A DNA stretch of 64,000 nt from a virus. The notes under the pieces were generated by a model. That model did not search any database. It saw only the letters and a program-made list of their open reading frames with translations, and was not told where the DNA came from. The stretch is taken from positions 32,001 through 96,000 of IMG/VR virus record IMGVR_UViG_3300027749_000049. One strand, 5' to 3'. A program made the position numbers and the translations under genes. This document shows positions 1 to 10,213 of this stretch, piece after piece; position 1 is the stretch's first letter; every line of letters starts with the position of its first letter.

Positions 1-642
1 AATTTTAAAGAGCACAGTACTGAGTTAGTATCTACTTGCAGAAATTTAACTATCGCATTTGGTATTAATGAAAATGGTACACTAAATTTAAAAATCAATA
101 ATTCAATTATTGAAAATATTAACAATATTAAATTGTCTGAAATTTTCTTAATGGAAACTATTGAGACTCGTAATGCTCTTTCTAAATTGTTTAATAATTT
201 AGATTTAGTGGTTAATCTTGAATTTGGAAAAACCATTATTAATGAAAGACTTGGAAGAGATTCAATTGTTCTTAATTTAGACGAAAATATTTTTGTATTT
301 GAAAAACTTGGAGAAACTAGAATTGTTAAGAAAATGAAAGGTTTAACTTTCCATAATTATGTTATGGAGAACTTTAAATATGATATTAGCGAAATGTACT
401 CAATTCAATTAGAAGAAAGAGAAGCTAATATTAAAGCCTTTGATCTTGAAAAAACCACAATTGAAGAAAATCTTGCTAAATTAGAAGCATCAATTTCTCA
501 AATTGAAGAAGCTCTATCTGATAAAGGTCTTACTGCTGAGTATCAAGAAAAATTAACTGAACTTAAAGTATCTATCGAGAAAAACGTAAATGCTCTTAAG
601 AGTCAGTATATTGTAGTTGATCAATCCAAAAAAAAAGCATAA
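1..642 (+). CDS. Hypothetical coiled-coil protein, 5' truncated by the window edge
   Basis: Frame 1 is open from base 1 to TAA at 640-642; heptad-like C-terminus (IEENLAKLEASISQIEEAL); ends in an A9 run. Confidence 0.8.
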   Translation, partial: NFKEHSTELVSTCRNLTIAFGINENGTLNLKINNSIIENINNIKLSEIFLMETIETRNALSKLFNNLDLVVNLEFGKTIINERLGRDSIVLNLDENIFVFEKLGETRIVKKMKGLTFHNYVMENFKYDISEMYSIQLEEREANIKAFDLEKTTIEENLAKLEASISQIEEALSDKGLTAEYQEKLTELKVSIEKNVNALKSQYIVVDQSKKKA

Positions 643-932
643 GTGAGTCGGAAGATATTACTTTAGTTTCACCTACTTCTTCTAAATACATAACTGGCCA
701 AGAGGTCATGTTAAAATCAGGTCATACTGCCAAAATTATTGGAGTTGATCCAATTTCTAAAACCTATAAGGTTATGGGCTCTGATAATAAAGTTCAATCA
801 GTTAAATCTGATGAGATTGAAAAGACTGAGCCTAGCCGATATGATGATTATCAAACAGCTGGACCAAATCCTGAAAATCCAAATGAGCTTTTAATTAAAC
901 AAAAGGACGTTAACGTAGACCAAAGCCGATAA
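627..932 (+). CDS. Probable -1 frameshift extension of the upstream ORF (SH3-like beta-barrel); ATG-based ORF is 708..932
   Basis: The -1 frame is open from the A9 run (628-636) through ATG 708 to 932: SISESEDITLVSPTSSKYITGQEVMLKSGHTAKIIGVDP... Confidence 0.55.
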   Translation, partial: QKKSISESEDITLVSPTSSKYITGQEVMLKSGHTAKIIGVDPISKTYKVMGSDNKVQSVKSDEIEKTEPSRYDDYQTAGPNPENPNELLIKQKDVNVDQSR

Positions 933-966
933 ACTGTAGTATAATTAGCCTAAACAACATTTATAA

Positions 967-1779
967 ATGGCAGACGTATTATGCTCGATTGAAGAGGCTA
1001 GACAGAATGGAACCCTTCAGGTTTTCCAAAAGAAAACCAAATATCACGATTATCAATTTTTAGTTAGGTCTGAGGAGGAGATTAAATTTAATGTCTCTCA
1101 AAATATTTCAACTAAGCCTACCGGCGGTGAATATTTTAAACCTCTATTCATACCGCATTATGCGCAAAATGGGGGTCCTTTAAATCTTGAAGATTTAAAC
1201 CATGAAGATACTTGGTTAGATGCCGGAGGTCACATTGGTATTTTTGCAACCCGTTTATTAACTCAATTTCCAAAAGTAAAGAAAGTCTATTCATATGAAC
1301 CTTTCCATAATAACGTGGAGTTCCTGGAACAAAATGTTCAAATGAATGGCGTTCAAGACCGTTGCGAAATTATTGAAAAGGCAATTGTTGCAGATGATTC
1401 GTCTGAAGTAGAATTTTACCTATCTCAAGACTCTGGCAAGCACAGCGTGCATCACATTAGAGGTCGTCAGGTTACAACTGTACCTGCTGAAAATATAAAC
1501 ACTATTATTAAAGAAAAAGGCATCACGGCCATCAAGATGGACATTGAGGGGTTAGAGTATGATATGATTAAGGCCTTAAATCAAGAGAGCCTAGATCAAA
1601 TCCGCCTTTTTATTGTTGAATACCATTTTCATTATAGTTGGTTATTGGAAAATCGGTCAGCTAAATTTACTGAAATCCTTGATATTTTTAGAGCAAACTT
1701 TGGGCAATTATTCGTTAATCCACGTACAATAAACGGAAAGCATTTTATTACGCATTTTGCCGGTTTTAAAAATACCTAA
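967..1779 (+). CDS. FkbM-family SAM-dependent methyltransferase
   Basis: Motifs WLDAGGHIGIF, VYSYEP and IKMDIEGLE are typical of FkbM. Confidence 0.85.
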   Translation: MADVLCSIEEARQNGTLQVFQKKTKYHDYQFLVRSEEEIKFNVSQNISTKPTGGEYFKPLFIPHYAQNGGPLNLEDLNHEDTWLDAGGHIGIFATRLLTQFPKVKKVYSYEPFHNNVEFLEQNVQMNGVQDRCEIIEKAIVADDSSEVEFYLSQDSGKHSVHHIRGRQVTTVPAENINTIIKEKGITAIKMDIEGLEYDMIKALNQESLDQIRLFIVEYHFHYSWLLENRSAKFTEILDIFRANFGQLFVNPRTINGKHFITHFAGFKNT

Positions 1780-1804
1780 TCTAAAATCGAGTATAATACA
1801 TATT

Positions 1805-2869
1805 ATGGAAAATAAAAGAGCACTCTATGCATATTTTGGCGAACTAGGAATATTTAATGATAATATCCCAGGTCATACCTTTTACCAATTAGGTTTATTA
1901 GATGAATTAGCTAATCAATATGAAATTAATAAATTTGATTTTGTAAATTATTTAGATACTGGAATGGTTAATCTTGCTAGTCGACCTAGCTTCCCAGACG
2001 ATCAATTGGGCAAAGTATTTAATCAATTTGCAGATAAATTAATTGATAACTATAGATTACATCAATTTGCAGTGCTTGAGGCTATTAAAAATAAAGAATA
2101 TTCAAAATTATTCTTAAAGGCTCGATTCAGAAATTTGTCTACACTTGAAAAGAAATTAAAGGATGCTGCCTATTTTGAAAAAATAATTAATGTTGCATTA
2201 GAGTCAGGTTATGAACCTGCTGATATTATTATATTAGATACAGATCTTTCATTATCTGCCGAGTTTCTTACTAAATTAACAGAATTAGGAATAAGTAGAG
2301 AAATTCCATCAATTACTATTCTGGGTTGTAGTAAAGGCTTTATGAATGCGTGTTTAGCCGTACACCAAGCCCATGCAAATAAAGAGTCAACTCATTTAAT
2401 ATATTATGGAAACCTATCATTTGATAATTACAAAGAAGGTCATTCTAAAAATCCAATAATTAATGATATTATTTCTGCAATTGATACCACCTGTAAATTT
2501 GATGGAAGTTCATTTAATATGACAGTTGCTGCAAAGCAACATCCAACTCTGGAAAGCTGGATTGACACAATGAACCTGGTTGCTCTTTGCCCAAGAGAAA
2601 ATCGTGAAGCGATTTGGGCGGACATGCAAGTTGCACAAGTATCAGTAAACGTAAGCAAAGATCTCTACCTAAAAGAAAAGTTCATTCCAGCTAGGGTTTA
2701 TGAATCTGTTATATTTGGAACTATTCCAGTTTCTTATAAAGACCCAAGATTTCATCCAGCAATGTCGTTTGATACAGTTGATGAGTTCTTTGAGATTTGT
2801 AAATTTTTATCAGAGTGTTCAACTGGTGACTATTTTAAAATATTACGCCAGATTGCAGATTCACTTTAA
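1805..2869 (+). CDS. GT-B fold glycosyltransferase-like protein (phage DNA beta-glucosyltransferase-like)
   Basis: C-terminal IYYGN...VSVNVSK...PARVYESVIFGTIPV resembles the GT-B nucleotide-sugar binding domain; ATG 1805 follows a GAGTATAAT promoter. Confidence 0.5.
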   Translation: MENKRALYAYFGELGIFNDNIPGHTFYQLGLLDELANQYEINKFDFVNYLDTGMVNLASRPSFPDDQLGKVFNQFADKLIDNYRLHQFAVLEAIKNKEYSKLFLKARFRNLSTLEKKLKDAAYFEKIINVALESGYEPADIIILDTDLSLSAEFLTKLTELGISREIPSITILGCSKGFMNACLAVHQAHANKESTHLIYYGNLSFDNYKEGHSKNPIINDIISAIDTTCKFDGSSFNMTVAAKQHPTLESWIDTMNLVALCPRENREAIWADMQVAQVSVNVSKDLYLKEKFIPARVYESVIFGTIPVSYKDPRFHPAMSFDTVDEFFEICKFLSECSTGDYFKILRQIADSL

Positions 2870-2915
2870 TACCAAATCACTCGAATAAATAATAAGAAAT
2901 TACCATTATTAGCTA

Positions 2916-5342
2916 ATGAAATATGTAATTTCAGCAGATCAATACTTTAGTCAAGGCGCTAACCCAGTTAATGAAAAACTTGTTCAATACTTTGAGAGTA
3001 TTCCTGAAGCTTTTTGGACTGCATTAGACGCAGTTGACTTTAGCAAATTAAGTAAACCTAGAACTCCTAATCATTCAGAAAAAGAAATCTTTGAACATCA
3101 AGTTTTTTTACTTGACAATATTGAAGATATTAATAATATTATCCAAAAAGAGGACTTTTTGGTTAGACAAGGATATGATACCGTTAAGCTTAGACTTAAT
3201 GAATCCTATCTACCGACAGTTCAATTAATTAACGAAGGTGTAATGAGTTCAGTTATGAACTTTGTAAAAGCCCTAGTTGCCGATCCGGATCCATTTGAAA
3301 TGGGTCTAAATATCCTAAGATTAGTACTAGACGTAATTGGAATTGTTCCTTTTACTTGGGCTGGATTTCCAATTGATATAGTTGCAAATGTTCTATCGGC
3401 AATAATTTCTCTATATAAAGGCGAATATATTTCAATGATGCTTAGTGTAATTGCGGCAATTGATGTTTCTAAAACTTCAAATTTCTTAAAAACTATTAAA
3501 TGGTTACCTAAACCTGCACTAAAACTACTTGAAAAACTAGCAAAGATTCTATGTAGGGCTGGAAGTTCAGCAACTGAAATTGGGCCAGCTGTTCTTGCAC
3601 TAAAGAATGGAATTAGAACCCTAGGCGATAAAAGCATTTCGGGAATAATTGTCTCTTTATTTAAAGGAGTTGCTAGCTTTTTTAGTACAATTGCAGTTGG
3701 CATAGTTAAATTTGTTACTAATTTTATAAAAACTGTTTTTAATTTAGTTCCAATTGTTGGAAAATACGGAGTAAAGGCAGTCCAAGCATTTGAAAGACTT
3801 GGCCTTGAAGCTCAACTTGCTCTATTTGGGCGTAATTTCTCAACTGCTGCTACCTTATTAGGGGAAGAGGGTACTAAAAAGGAAATTGCAAAAGGCGTTG
3901 ATAAATTAGGAGATACTGTAGTTTCTGCACCAAAGCTTGGAGCAGATGGAAAACCTTTAATTGGAGCAGATGGACTGCCAGTAAAAGGCAAAGAATATGC
4001 AGCAACCAGTCCACAAGGAAGAGCAATACTTAATTCAAAAGCATATAAAGATTTTGATGCAGCGGTAATTACAGCCTATGCAAAAGAAGGAGGGTATGCA
4101 GCTGACTTGCTAAAAGCAGTTAAGTCAGATACTAAGTTTATGGCCTCGATTGCAGGTCAACCTGAGGCTATACAGAAGGTTGCAATAGCTGCAAAGGTTG
4201 AAAATGAATTAATTGGAGCATCAGTTGATGCAATTGATCAAATTGTTAAAAAGGATCCAACGTTAGCTGACTATTTTGCAGTTAAGTATAGATGGAAGCC
4301 AAGTGGAGAATATATTACTCAACTTGCAAAAGATGGCAAAGTTGATGATATTGGCAAAGTTTTTAAAACAATGTTAACTGACCCAGCGGTTGCTAAAAAT
4401 TTATCAAAGGCTGAAGTTAGGGCATTTACGCCATGGGCAACCAAACCTGAAATTTTTATTCAAGGTGTTAAAAACTTTGATGATACGGTTTATGTATTAG
4501 CTAAATTAACCAAAGCCGGCGGAGCTCTTGCAACTAGAGCAGTATTTCTAAAGAGGCTACTTAATTTTATTTCTAGACTTGTTTGGCAACGCTATGGAAG
4601 TTTGGATTGTATTAAACAAATGGCAACCGCTAAGACTAATGGTTTAATTGGAAAAGCATTAACCCCTGCATTAAATGAAGAAGACGTTTTGACTGGAGAT
4701 GCTACTGTTGATGCAAATAATGCAACCGCAAATGCAGCCAATGCTGCTCAAGCTAATATTACTAATCCTGACACCAACCCGCCAGTTAAGTCAGCTGAGG
4801 TAGAAGAAGTTATTAATAAAAATGACGAGACCATTGAAAAAGCAAAAGCAAATGGTGGCAAAACCAATTGTAACTTAATGAGTAACGTTGTTAAAACCGC
4901 GGTTGGCGCTCATTGTGCAAATTTCCCAGGATCAACTGCTCTACTTGGAGGTCAATCCGATATGTCTGATCCAAAAGTAGCAGCTGAGTTTCAAAGGAAG
5001 AGTACTGAATATACTAAACAAATTTTAAAGTCAATGGGATTAGATGATTCAATTGATGCTCAGCATGCACTAAATGCTCAATCTCTTGAAGATAAGGCAG
5101 CCTTGGCCGATGTATGGGATTATGAAAATGGTATAGTTAGTTTAAATACAGAAGATACATCAAGAGTACATATTACTTTGCAAAAATGGGTTAAGGACGG
5201 TTACTGTACTCAAGAAGAGGCAGATGCTGCTGAACAGAAGGCAATTGAACGAATAAAAAATGCAAATCCACCTGAATTAAAACTTCCAGATAATTCAGCT
5301 AATGAAGGTTTATTTAGGACTAAAACCTTTAATTTTGCATAA
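2916..5342 (+). CDS. Large putative virion/ejected protein with a hydrophobic helical region
   Basis: 808 aa; preceded by ATAAATAA (2885-2892); internal INE/LNE sites; hydrophobic stretch at about aa 130-185. Confidence 0.45.
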   Translation: MKYVISADQYFSQGANPVNEKLVQYFESIPEAFWTALDAVDFSKLSKPRTPNHSEKEIFEHQVFLLDNIEDINNIIQKEDFLVRQGYDTVKLRLNESYLPTVQLINEGVMSSVMNFVKALVADPDPFEMGLNILRLVLDVIGIVPFTWAGFPIDIVANVLSAIISLYKGEYISMMLSVIAAIDVSKTSNFLKTIKWLPKPALKLLEKLAKILCRAGSSATEIGPAVLALKNGIRTLGDKSISGIIVSLFKGVASFFSTIAVGIVKFVTNFIKTVFNLVPIVGKYGVKAVQAFERLGLEAQLALFGRNFSTAATLLGEEGTKKEIAKGVDKLGDTVVSAPKLGADGKPLIGADGLPVKGKEYAATSPQGRAILNSKAYKDFDAAVITAYAKEGGYAADLLKAVKSDTKFMASIAGQPEAIQKVAIAAKVENELIGASVDAIDQIVKKDPTLADYFAVKYRWKPSGEYITQLAKDGKVDDIGKVFKTMLTDPAVAKNLSKAEVRAFTPWATKPEIFIQGVKNFDDTVYVLAKLTKAGGALATRAVFLKRLLNFISRLVWQRYGSLDCIKQMATAKTNGLIGKALTPALNEEDVLTGDATVDANNATANAANAAQANITNPDTNPPVKSAEVEEVINKNDETIEKAKANGGKTNCNLMSNVVKTAVGAHCANFPGSTALLGGQSDMSDPKVAAEFQRKSTEYTKQILKSMGLDDSIDAQHALNAQSLEDKAALADVWDYENGIVSLNTEDTSRVHITLQKWVKDGYCTQEEADAAEQKAIERIKNANPPELKLPDNSANEGLFRTKTFNFA

Positions 5343-5369
5343 TAAATAACTAAAAATAAGTAAAAACAA

Positions 5370-6425
5370 ATGACCCTTATTAAAACATTTGACGAATTTA
5401 AAAAACCGCCAGTAATTGATGAAGCTCGAAGAGTTGAAAAGATTTCAGCAGCTAACGCACAAAAAGGCGAATTAAAAAGATGGAACGTAGTAATACGTAG
5501 TGGAGAAGAAGATACTGCTGATTTATCTAATCCATATACTACAATATTACGAGAACTTTCCCAAGACAGTGATTTTAAAAATTGGATTAACGGGTCTAGT
5601 CCAGTGAAAGATCCAGTTCAAGGCACTGATGTAACTATTTCAAATCGTAATTTATTAGCGGTTATTAATTTAGGCGTTCAAAATAAAACCAATTTAATTG
5701 GGCAAAAGGTTTTTAAAGGACAAGTTGCATTTTTGCCTTATGCAACAGCTCAACTTCGTACAGGCTTGACCACAGGTATGTGGGTTACATATGATGTTAC
5801 AAAAGTTCCACACAGAGGTGAGGTTGTTGATAGTTCAAATGTTAAATTGGTTGCTTGGGATGAACAGGATTTGCCTAAGTTAAAAGTTATTGATAATAAG
5901 GATAAAGGCATCTTTAACAACAGAATAGAGGCAATATATAAAAAGGATGGATCAAATATACCAGAATATTTAGTTTCGCCAGCATATGTTGAAGAAAATG
6001 GAGCACCAGACGGAATTTATAAGGCTGCTCCAAATGCTGCTGCAGGTGGAGGCGTAACTACCACAACTACAACGGCTGCTCCTGGTACAACTGGTGTTAC
6101 TGCTACCACTATTAAAACTGGTCTAAAATCAAATAACTTATTTAGCCAAGATGTTAAAGATTTACAAAACAAAATTCTGGCTAATGGTGGAGATGCCGCT
6201 GCTAAAATTAAGGCAGTAGGCGGAGCTGATGGTAAATATGGAAATGCAACAGCTACGGCGATTGGAATTCTAACCGGTAAGCCGGCTGTTCCAGTTATTG
6301 ATATTACTCAAGACATTGCAGATAAATTAAATACTATACTAAAGGACGTAAAGGTTGAAGCACCGGTAGTGAAGCCTGATACAACTAAGAAAAAAAAGCA
6401 GGCAAGTGCTGACCCTGGATTTTAA
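5370..6425 (+). CDS. Putative virion protein with C-terminal peptidoglycan-binding-like domain
   Basis: Thr-rich linker, then DVKDLQNKIL...GADGKYGNATATAI; N-terminus MTLIKTFDEF. Confidence 0.55.
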   Translation: MTLIKTFDEFKKPPVIDEARRVEKISAANAQKGELKRWNVVIRSGEEDTADLSNPYTTILRELSQDSDFKNWINGSSPVKDPVQGTDVTISNRNLLAVINLGVQNKTNLIGQKVFKGQVAFLPYATAQLRTGLTTGMWVTYDVTKVPHRGEVVDSSNVKLVAWDEQDLPKLKVIDNKDKGIFNNRIEAIYKKDGSNIPEYLVSPAYVEENGAPDGIYKAAPNAAAGGGVTTTTTTAAPGTTGVTATTIKTGLKSNNLFSQDVKDLQNKILANGGDAAAKIKAVGGADGKYGNATATAIGILTGKPAVPVIDITQDIADKLNTILKDVKVEAPVVKPDTTKKKKQASADPGF

Positions 6426-6446
6426 TAAAAAATAAAAAACAAAGAT

Positions 6447-7115
6447 ATGATTGACTTAAGAAATTATGCACTACTTGCTGAACAGAAAAAATTTGGCTAT
6501 TTTAATAAACTAAATGAATCAGGTCCAGATCAACAATCGGACGCCGGCCTTAAAGCTGTATTAAGCGGAAAAACTGATGCAAAGTACCTAAATCAATGGG
6601 AGCAATTAGTTGCTGATTTTAATAAAAACGTACAGACTCCTGGTCTACACACTGTAATTATTAATCACGATGATGGGAAAACGCAGATGGTATCAATTGA
6701 CTATCAAATTGGAACAGATAAAAAGCCAATAAAAGGCAGCGTAGTACTTACTCCAGCGGTTAAGACCTTAGCACCTACTGGGACAGTTACTAATCCTATC
6801 AACTATACTGACGTACAATTACAAGCTGACGTTGACACGTTAGTTGATGAGTTAGATGGTATTGTTAATATTAAAAATTTGCAAACCATTAAAACTATGT
6901 TAACAAAATATATAGGCCATTTTGGTCTTGGCGATGATGATACTACCAAAGTTTCAGCAATTGGCCGTATTTTAACATTGTATAAAAGAGATGAGAGTGG
7001 CGATACTCTACCTGGAGATATTGCAGACGTTGGTACTTCCACGTTAGCTCCTGAGGCTGAAAAATTAAAAAGCCAGCTTGCAACTCTACTTAAACCTTAT
7101 AAAGAGGAAGCTTAA
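6447..7115 (+). CDS. Hypothetical protein
   Basis: 222 aa ORF in a co-oriented operon. Confidence 0.7.
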   Translation: MIDLRNYALLAEQKKFGYFNKLNESGPDQQSDAGLKAVLSGKTDAKYLNQWEQLVADFNKNVQTPGLHTVIINHDDGKTQMVSIDYQIGTDKKPIKGSVVLTPAVKTLAPTGTVTNPINYTDVQLQADVDTLVDELDGIVNIKNLQTIKTMLTKYIGHFGLGDDDTTKVSAIGRILTLYKRDESGDTLPGDIADVGTSTLAPEAEKLKSQLATLLKPYKEEA

Positions 7116-7116
7116 T

Positions 7117-7302
7117 ATGCTAATAATAAACGTAAAGGACAATGGAACTTTAGACAGGGCTCTTAAAGTTTTAAAACGCAAATTTGAAAAAACTGGTACA
7201 GTAAAGCAGTTACGTTCCCGAAAGGAATTTATAAAACCAAGTATAAAACGTCGAGAAGAGATTCGTAATGCACAGTACCGCCAATCTCTAAACAATGATT
7301 AA
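7117..7302 (+). CDS. rpsU: Ribosomal protein bS21 (phage-encoded, Bacteroidota type)
   Basis: MLIINVKDNGTLDRALKVLKRKFEKTGTVKQLRSRKEFIKPSIKRREEIRNAQY carries the bS21 signature (ALKxxKRK...F.KPS..RR). Confidence 0.93.
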   Translation: MLIINVKDNGTLDRALKVLKRKFEKTGTVKQLRSRKEFIKPSIKRREEIRNAQYRQSLNND

Positions 7303-7762
7303 AACATTTTCTAATTTCTTGGCAGAAACAAAGAAATATTCAGATGGAGCTGGTGTAGCTATTCTTTATCAAAAAAAGATTCTACTAGTTCATCCAACTA
7401 ATGGTAGCTGGACCAAACCAATTATGGGAATTCCAAAAGGCAAAATTGAAGTTGGAGAAGACCTAATGGAGGCAGCGCTTAGGGAACTTCGCGAAGAAAC
7501 TGGAATTAGGCTCTCACCCGATAAATTAGAACCAGGGGTTGAAACTGTTCAAGTTTTTGATAAGGACGGCAACTATAAAAGCTCACTTCATTATTTTATT
7601 TGTAGAATCTCAAACCTTTCCGAAATTGGCCTAGACGGATTGGCTATTCCAAAGAATCAATTACAGCCAGAAGAAATTGACTGGGCTGGCTTTATCAATA
7701 TTAAAGATGCCTATTCAAAGGTATCCAGAGCACAATTAATAATTTTAGATAGAATTTCCTAA
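7295..7762 (+). CDS. Nudix hydrolase
   Basis: Nudix box GKIEVGEDLMEAALRELREETGI. Confidence 0.92.
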   Translation: MIKTFSNFLAETKKYSDGAGVAILYQKKILLVHPTNGSWTKPIMGIPKGKIEVGEDLMEAALRELREETGIRLSPDKLEPGVETVQVFDKDGNYKSSLHYFICRISNLSEIGLDGLAIPKNQLQPEEIDWAGFINIKDAYSKVSRAQLIILDRIS

Positions 7763-7813
7763 AACTCCTTCACCATTTTTAGTAAAATAGCTAAACAACA
7801 AATTTTATATAAA

Positions 7814-8374
7814 ATGGAAAATCAACAAGACCTAATTACTGACGAACTAGTAATTGACGAAGCTACAGTAGCTATCGAAGAACCTCAAACTGAAATGGCA
7901 CCAGACATGGAAATGGAAGAGCCAACCCAAGAACCTCAAGCTGAAATGTCAGAGTTAGACATGTTAATCAACAAACGAACTGGATTTTTCCAAGTTAATT
8001 TGGACATTAAAGATCTAAAATGGATTAAAAATTCATGTAATGATGGTAAATTTGGATTCACAGGCCCAAATGAAGCCTTTATGATTATGAATTGTTTCAT
8101 GGGATTCTCTTCTGCTATTGCACGTCTTGAGCAAGAAGAAAAAGCGGCTGAATCAGCTGGAGTTCAAATTCAAGCTTCTGCTGTTGAAGCTGCAGCAATC
8201 CTTATTAATAAATTCGAAGGTTCAAGTTTAGAATCAGCACAACGAATTTTTAGAATTGCAATTGCTCTTAACAATCCAGTAATGGAAATGAAGCAACTTG
8301 ACCAAATCATTAACCAAATTAAATTGGAAAGTGCAAAGCAGGACGAACTTGCTAATCAGGAATCTCAAGCTTAA
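7814..8374 (+). CDS. Hypothetical protein with acidic N-terminus
   Basis: 186 aa ORF followed by a terminator. Confidence 0.7.
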   Translation: MENQQDLITDELVIDEATVAIEEPQTEMAPDMEMEEPTQEPQAEMSELDMLINKRTGFFQVNLDIKDLKWIKNSCNDGKFGFTGPNEAFMIMNCFMGFSSAIARLEQEEKAAESAGVQIQASAVEAAAILINKFEGSSLESAQRIFRIAIALNNPVMEMKQLDQIINQIKLESAKQDELANQESQA

Positions 8375-8391
8375 TTTTTAAATTTTTATTT

Positions 8392-8417
8392 AAAAGCCGC
8401 GTCAGCGGCTTTTTTTG
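8392..8417 (+). terminator. Intrinsic terminator
   Basis: AAAAGCCGC-GTCA-GCGGCTTTTTTT. Confidence 0.85.
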
Positions 8418-8434
8418 TTTAGTATAATAGCCAT

Positions 8435-9724
8435 ATGACAAATCTAGATTTTAAAGCAGTTGCACAATTCATTGAAGAAATGAAAGCAACTTCTTCAACA
8501 AATGATAAAAAAGAGATACTTAAAAAGTACGATACTCCGGTATTGCGTAAGCTGTTTGAATACGTATATTCTCCTTTTAAACAGTATTATGTTACTTCGG
8601 ATAACCTAAAGAAACGTCAGGATCTTAGTTTTGATAACTATGATGATCTATTTGCTTTACTTGATGATCTGAATGCAAGGCTAATCACAGGTCACAATGC
8701 TATTCAAGTAGTTAATGGTTTTATTGCCAAGAATCAGGAGTTCGCGGAGGTCATCTATGATGTGATAGACCGAAACCTAAAAACACGAGCAACTACAACC
8801 CTAATTAATTCAGTAATGCCAGGTACAGTACCTACATTTGATGTTGCCCTAGCTGAGAAGTTTGATGGTAATGAGAAAAAGGTAAACTTTGAGTCCGGAG
8901 AATGGTGGGCAAGTCGTAAGCTTGATGGAGTTCGATGTATTACTGTAATTGATGCAGATGGAGAACCTAAATTCTATTCACGAGCAGGCAATGAATTCTT
9001 AACTCTTTCAGTCCTGGCCCAAGATATTAAGAGGCTTGGCTTAAAGAATAAAATATTGGATGGAGAAGTTTGCGTTATGAAAGAAGGCGGGCTTGAAGAT
9101 TTCCAAGGTATTATCAAAGAAATTGGCAGAAAGAACCATACTATTCAAACTCCAAAATATTATGTATTTGATTTTTTAGAAGCCGCTGAATTTTGGAATC
9201 AAGCTGGAGACGTTTCTCTGTCAGCCCGACTAATTATCCTAAATGCAATTGTAACTGACTTAACCTATGCTGAACCGTTACCTCAATTCCAAATTAAATC
9301 AGTTGAAGAATTTGAAAAAATTGTAGCTGATGCAACTGAAATGGGTTATGAAGGAGTAATGATGCGCAAGGATATTGGTTACGAAGGCAAACGTTCAAAG
9401 AACCTGCTTAAGGTTAAAAAGATGCATGATGCCGAATATGTCGTAATCGATCTTGAATCTGACGTAAATCGTATTATTGATATGGGTAAAGAAGTTGAAG
9501 AACTTATGTTAAAGGCCGTAATTGTAGAACATAAAGGCAATAAGGTTAGAGTAGGTTCAGGCTTTAATCTTGAACAAAGACGTCACTATCACGAAAACCC
9601 AAATGAAATTTTAGGTAAAACAATTACCGTACAATTCTTTGAAGAAACTACTGATCAACATGGTGCTCACTCACTAAGATTTCCAGTATTCAAAGCAGTT
9701 CACGGCCAAAAGAGAGAATTTTAA
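8435..9724 (+). CDS. ATP-dependent DNA ligase
   Basis: Motif I RKLDGVR, LDGEV, YEGVM, LLKVK and OB-fold VGSGF...LRFPVF. Confidence 0.95.
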   Translation: MTNLDFKAVAQFIEEMKATSSTNDKKEILKKYDTPVLRKLFEYVYSPFKQYYVTSDNLKKRQDLSFDNYDDLFALLDDLNARLITGHNAIQVVNGFIAKNQEFAEVIYDVIDRNLKTRATTTLINSVMPGTVPTFDVALAEKFDGNEKKVNFESGEWWASRKLDGVRCITVIDADGEPKFYSRAGNEFLTLSVLAQDIKRLGLKNKILDGEVCVMKEGGLEDFQGIIKEIGRKNHTIQTPKYYVFDFLEAAEFWNQAGDVSLSARLIILNAIVTDLTYAEPLPQFQIKSVEEFEKIVADATEMGYEGVMMRKDIGYEGKRSKNLLKVKKMHDAEYVVIDLESDVNRIIDMGKEVEELMLKAVIVEHKGNKVRVGSGFNLEQRRHYHENPNEILGKTITVQFFEETTDQHGAHSLRFPVFKAVHGQKREF

Positions 9725-9732
9725 TTTAATAT

Positions 9733-10212
9733 ATGAGCAAAAGAATAATTTTAGTCGGCAAAGCCGCAAGCGGCAAGGATTTCCTTCGCAAAAAATTTGA
9801 AGATCGCGGGTTTAAATACGCAATCAGTTACACAACACGGCCGCCAAGAGAAGGCGAAATAGATGGAAAGGATTATTTCTTTATGACACGAGCAAATGCT
9901 CAAGATATGATTGACACAGGTCAGTTTTATGAATGGGTTGCATTTAACAACTGGATATACGGAACAACGGTTGACCAGTTTGAAGAAGACGATCTTTTTA
10001 TTATGACGCCATCTGGCCTAGCTCACTTATCAGATGATGCGCGTAAAGAATCACTTGTAATCTTTTTTGATATTGATGAAGAGATTAGACGTAAGCGTAT
10101 GCTTAGTCGCAATATGCCTGGAGATTCAGTTGATCGTCGACTTGAAGCAGATCGCAAAGATTTTGAAAATTTTACTAACTACGATATAAAAATAACTAAT
10201 CACGATTTCTAA
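9733..10212 (+). CDS. gmk: Guanylate kinase-like protein
   Basis: P-loop GKAASGKD and SYTTRPPREGEIDGKDYFF. Confidence 0.9.
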   Translation: MSKRIILVGKAASGKDFLRKKFEDRGFKYAISYTTRPPREGEIDGKDYFFMTRANAQDMIDTGQFYEWVAFNNWIYGTTVDQFEEDDLFIMTPSGLAHLSDDARKESLVIFFDIDEEIRRKRMLSRNMPGDSVDRRLEADRKDFENFTNYDIKITNHDF

Positions 10213-10213
10213 T

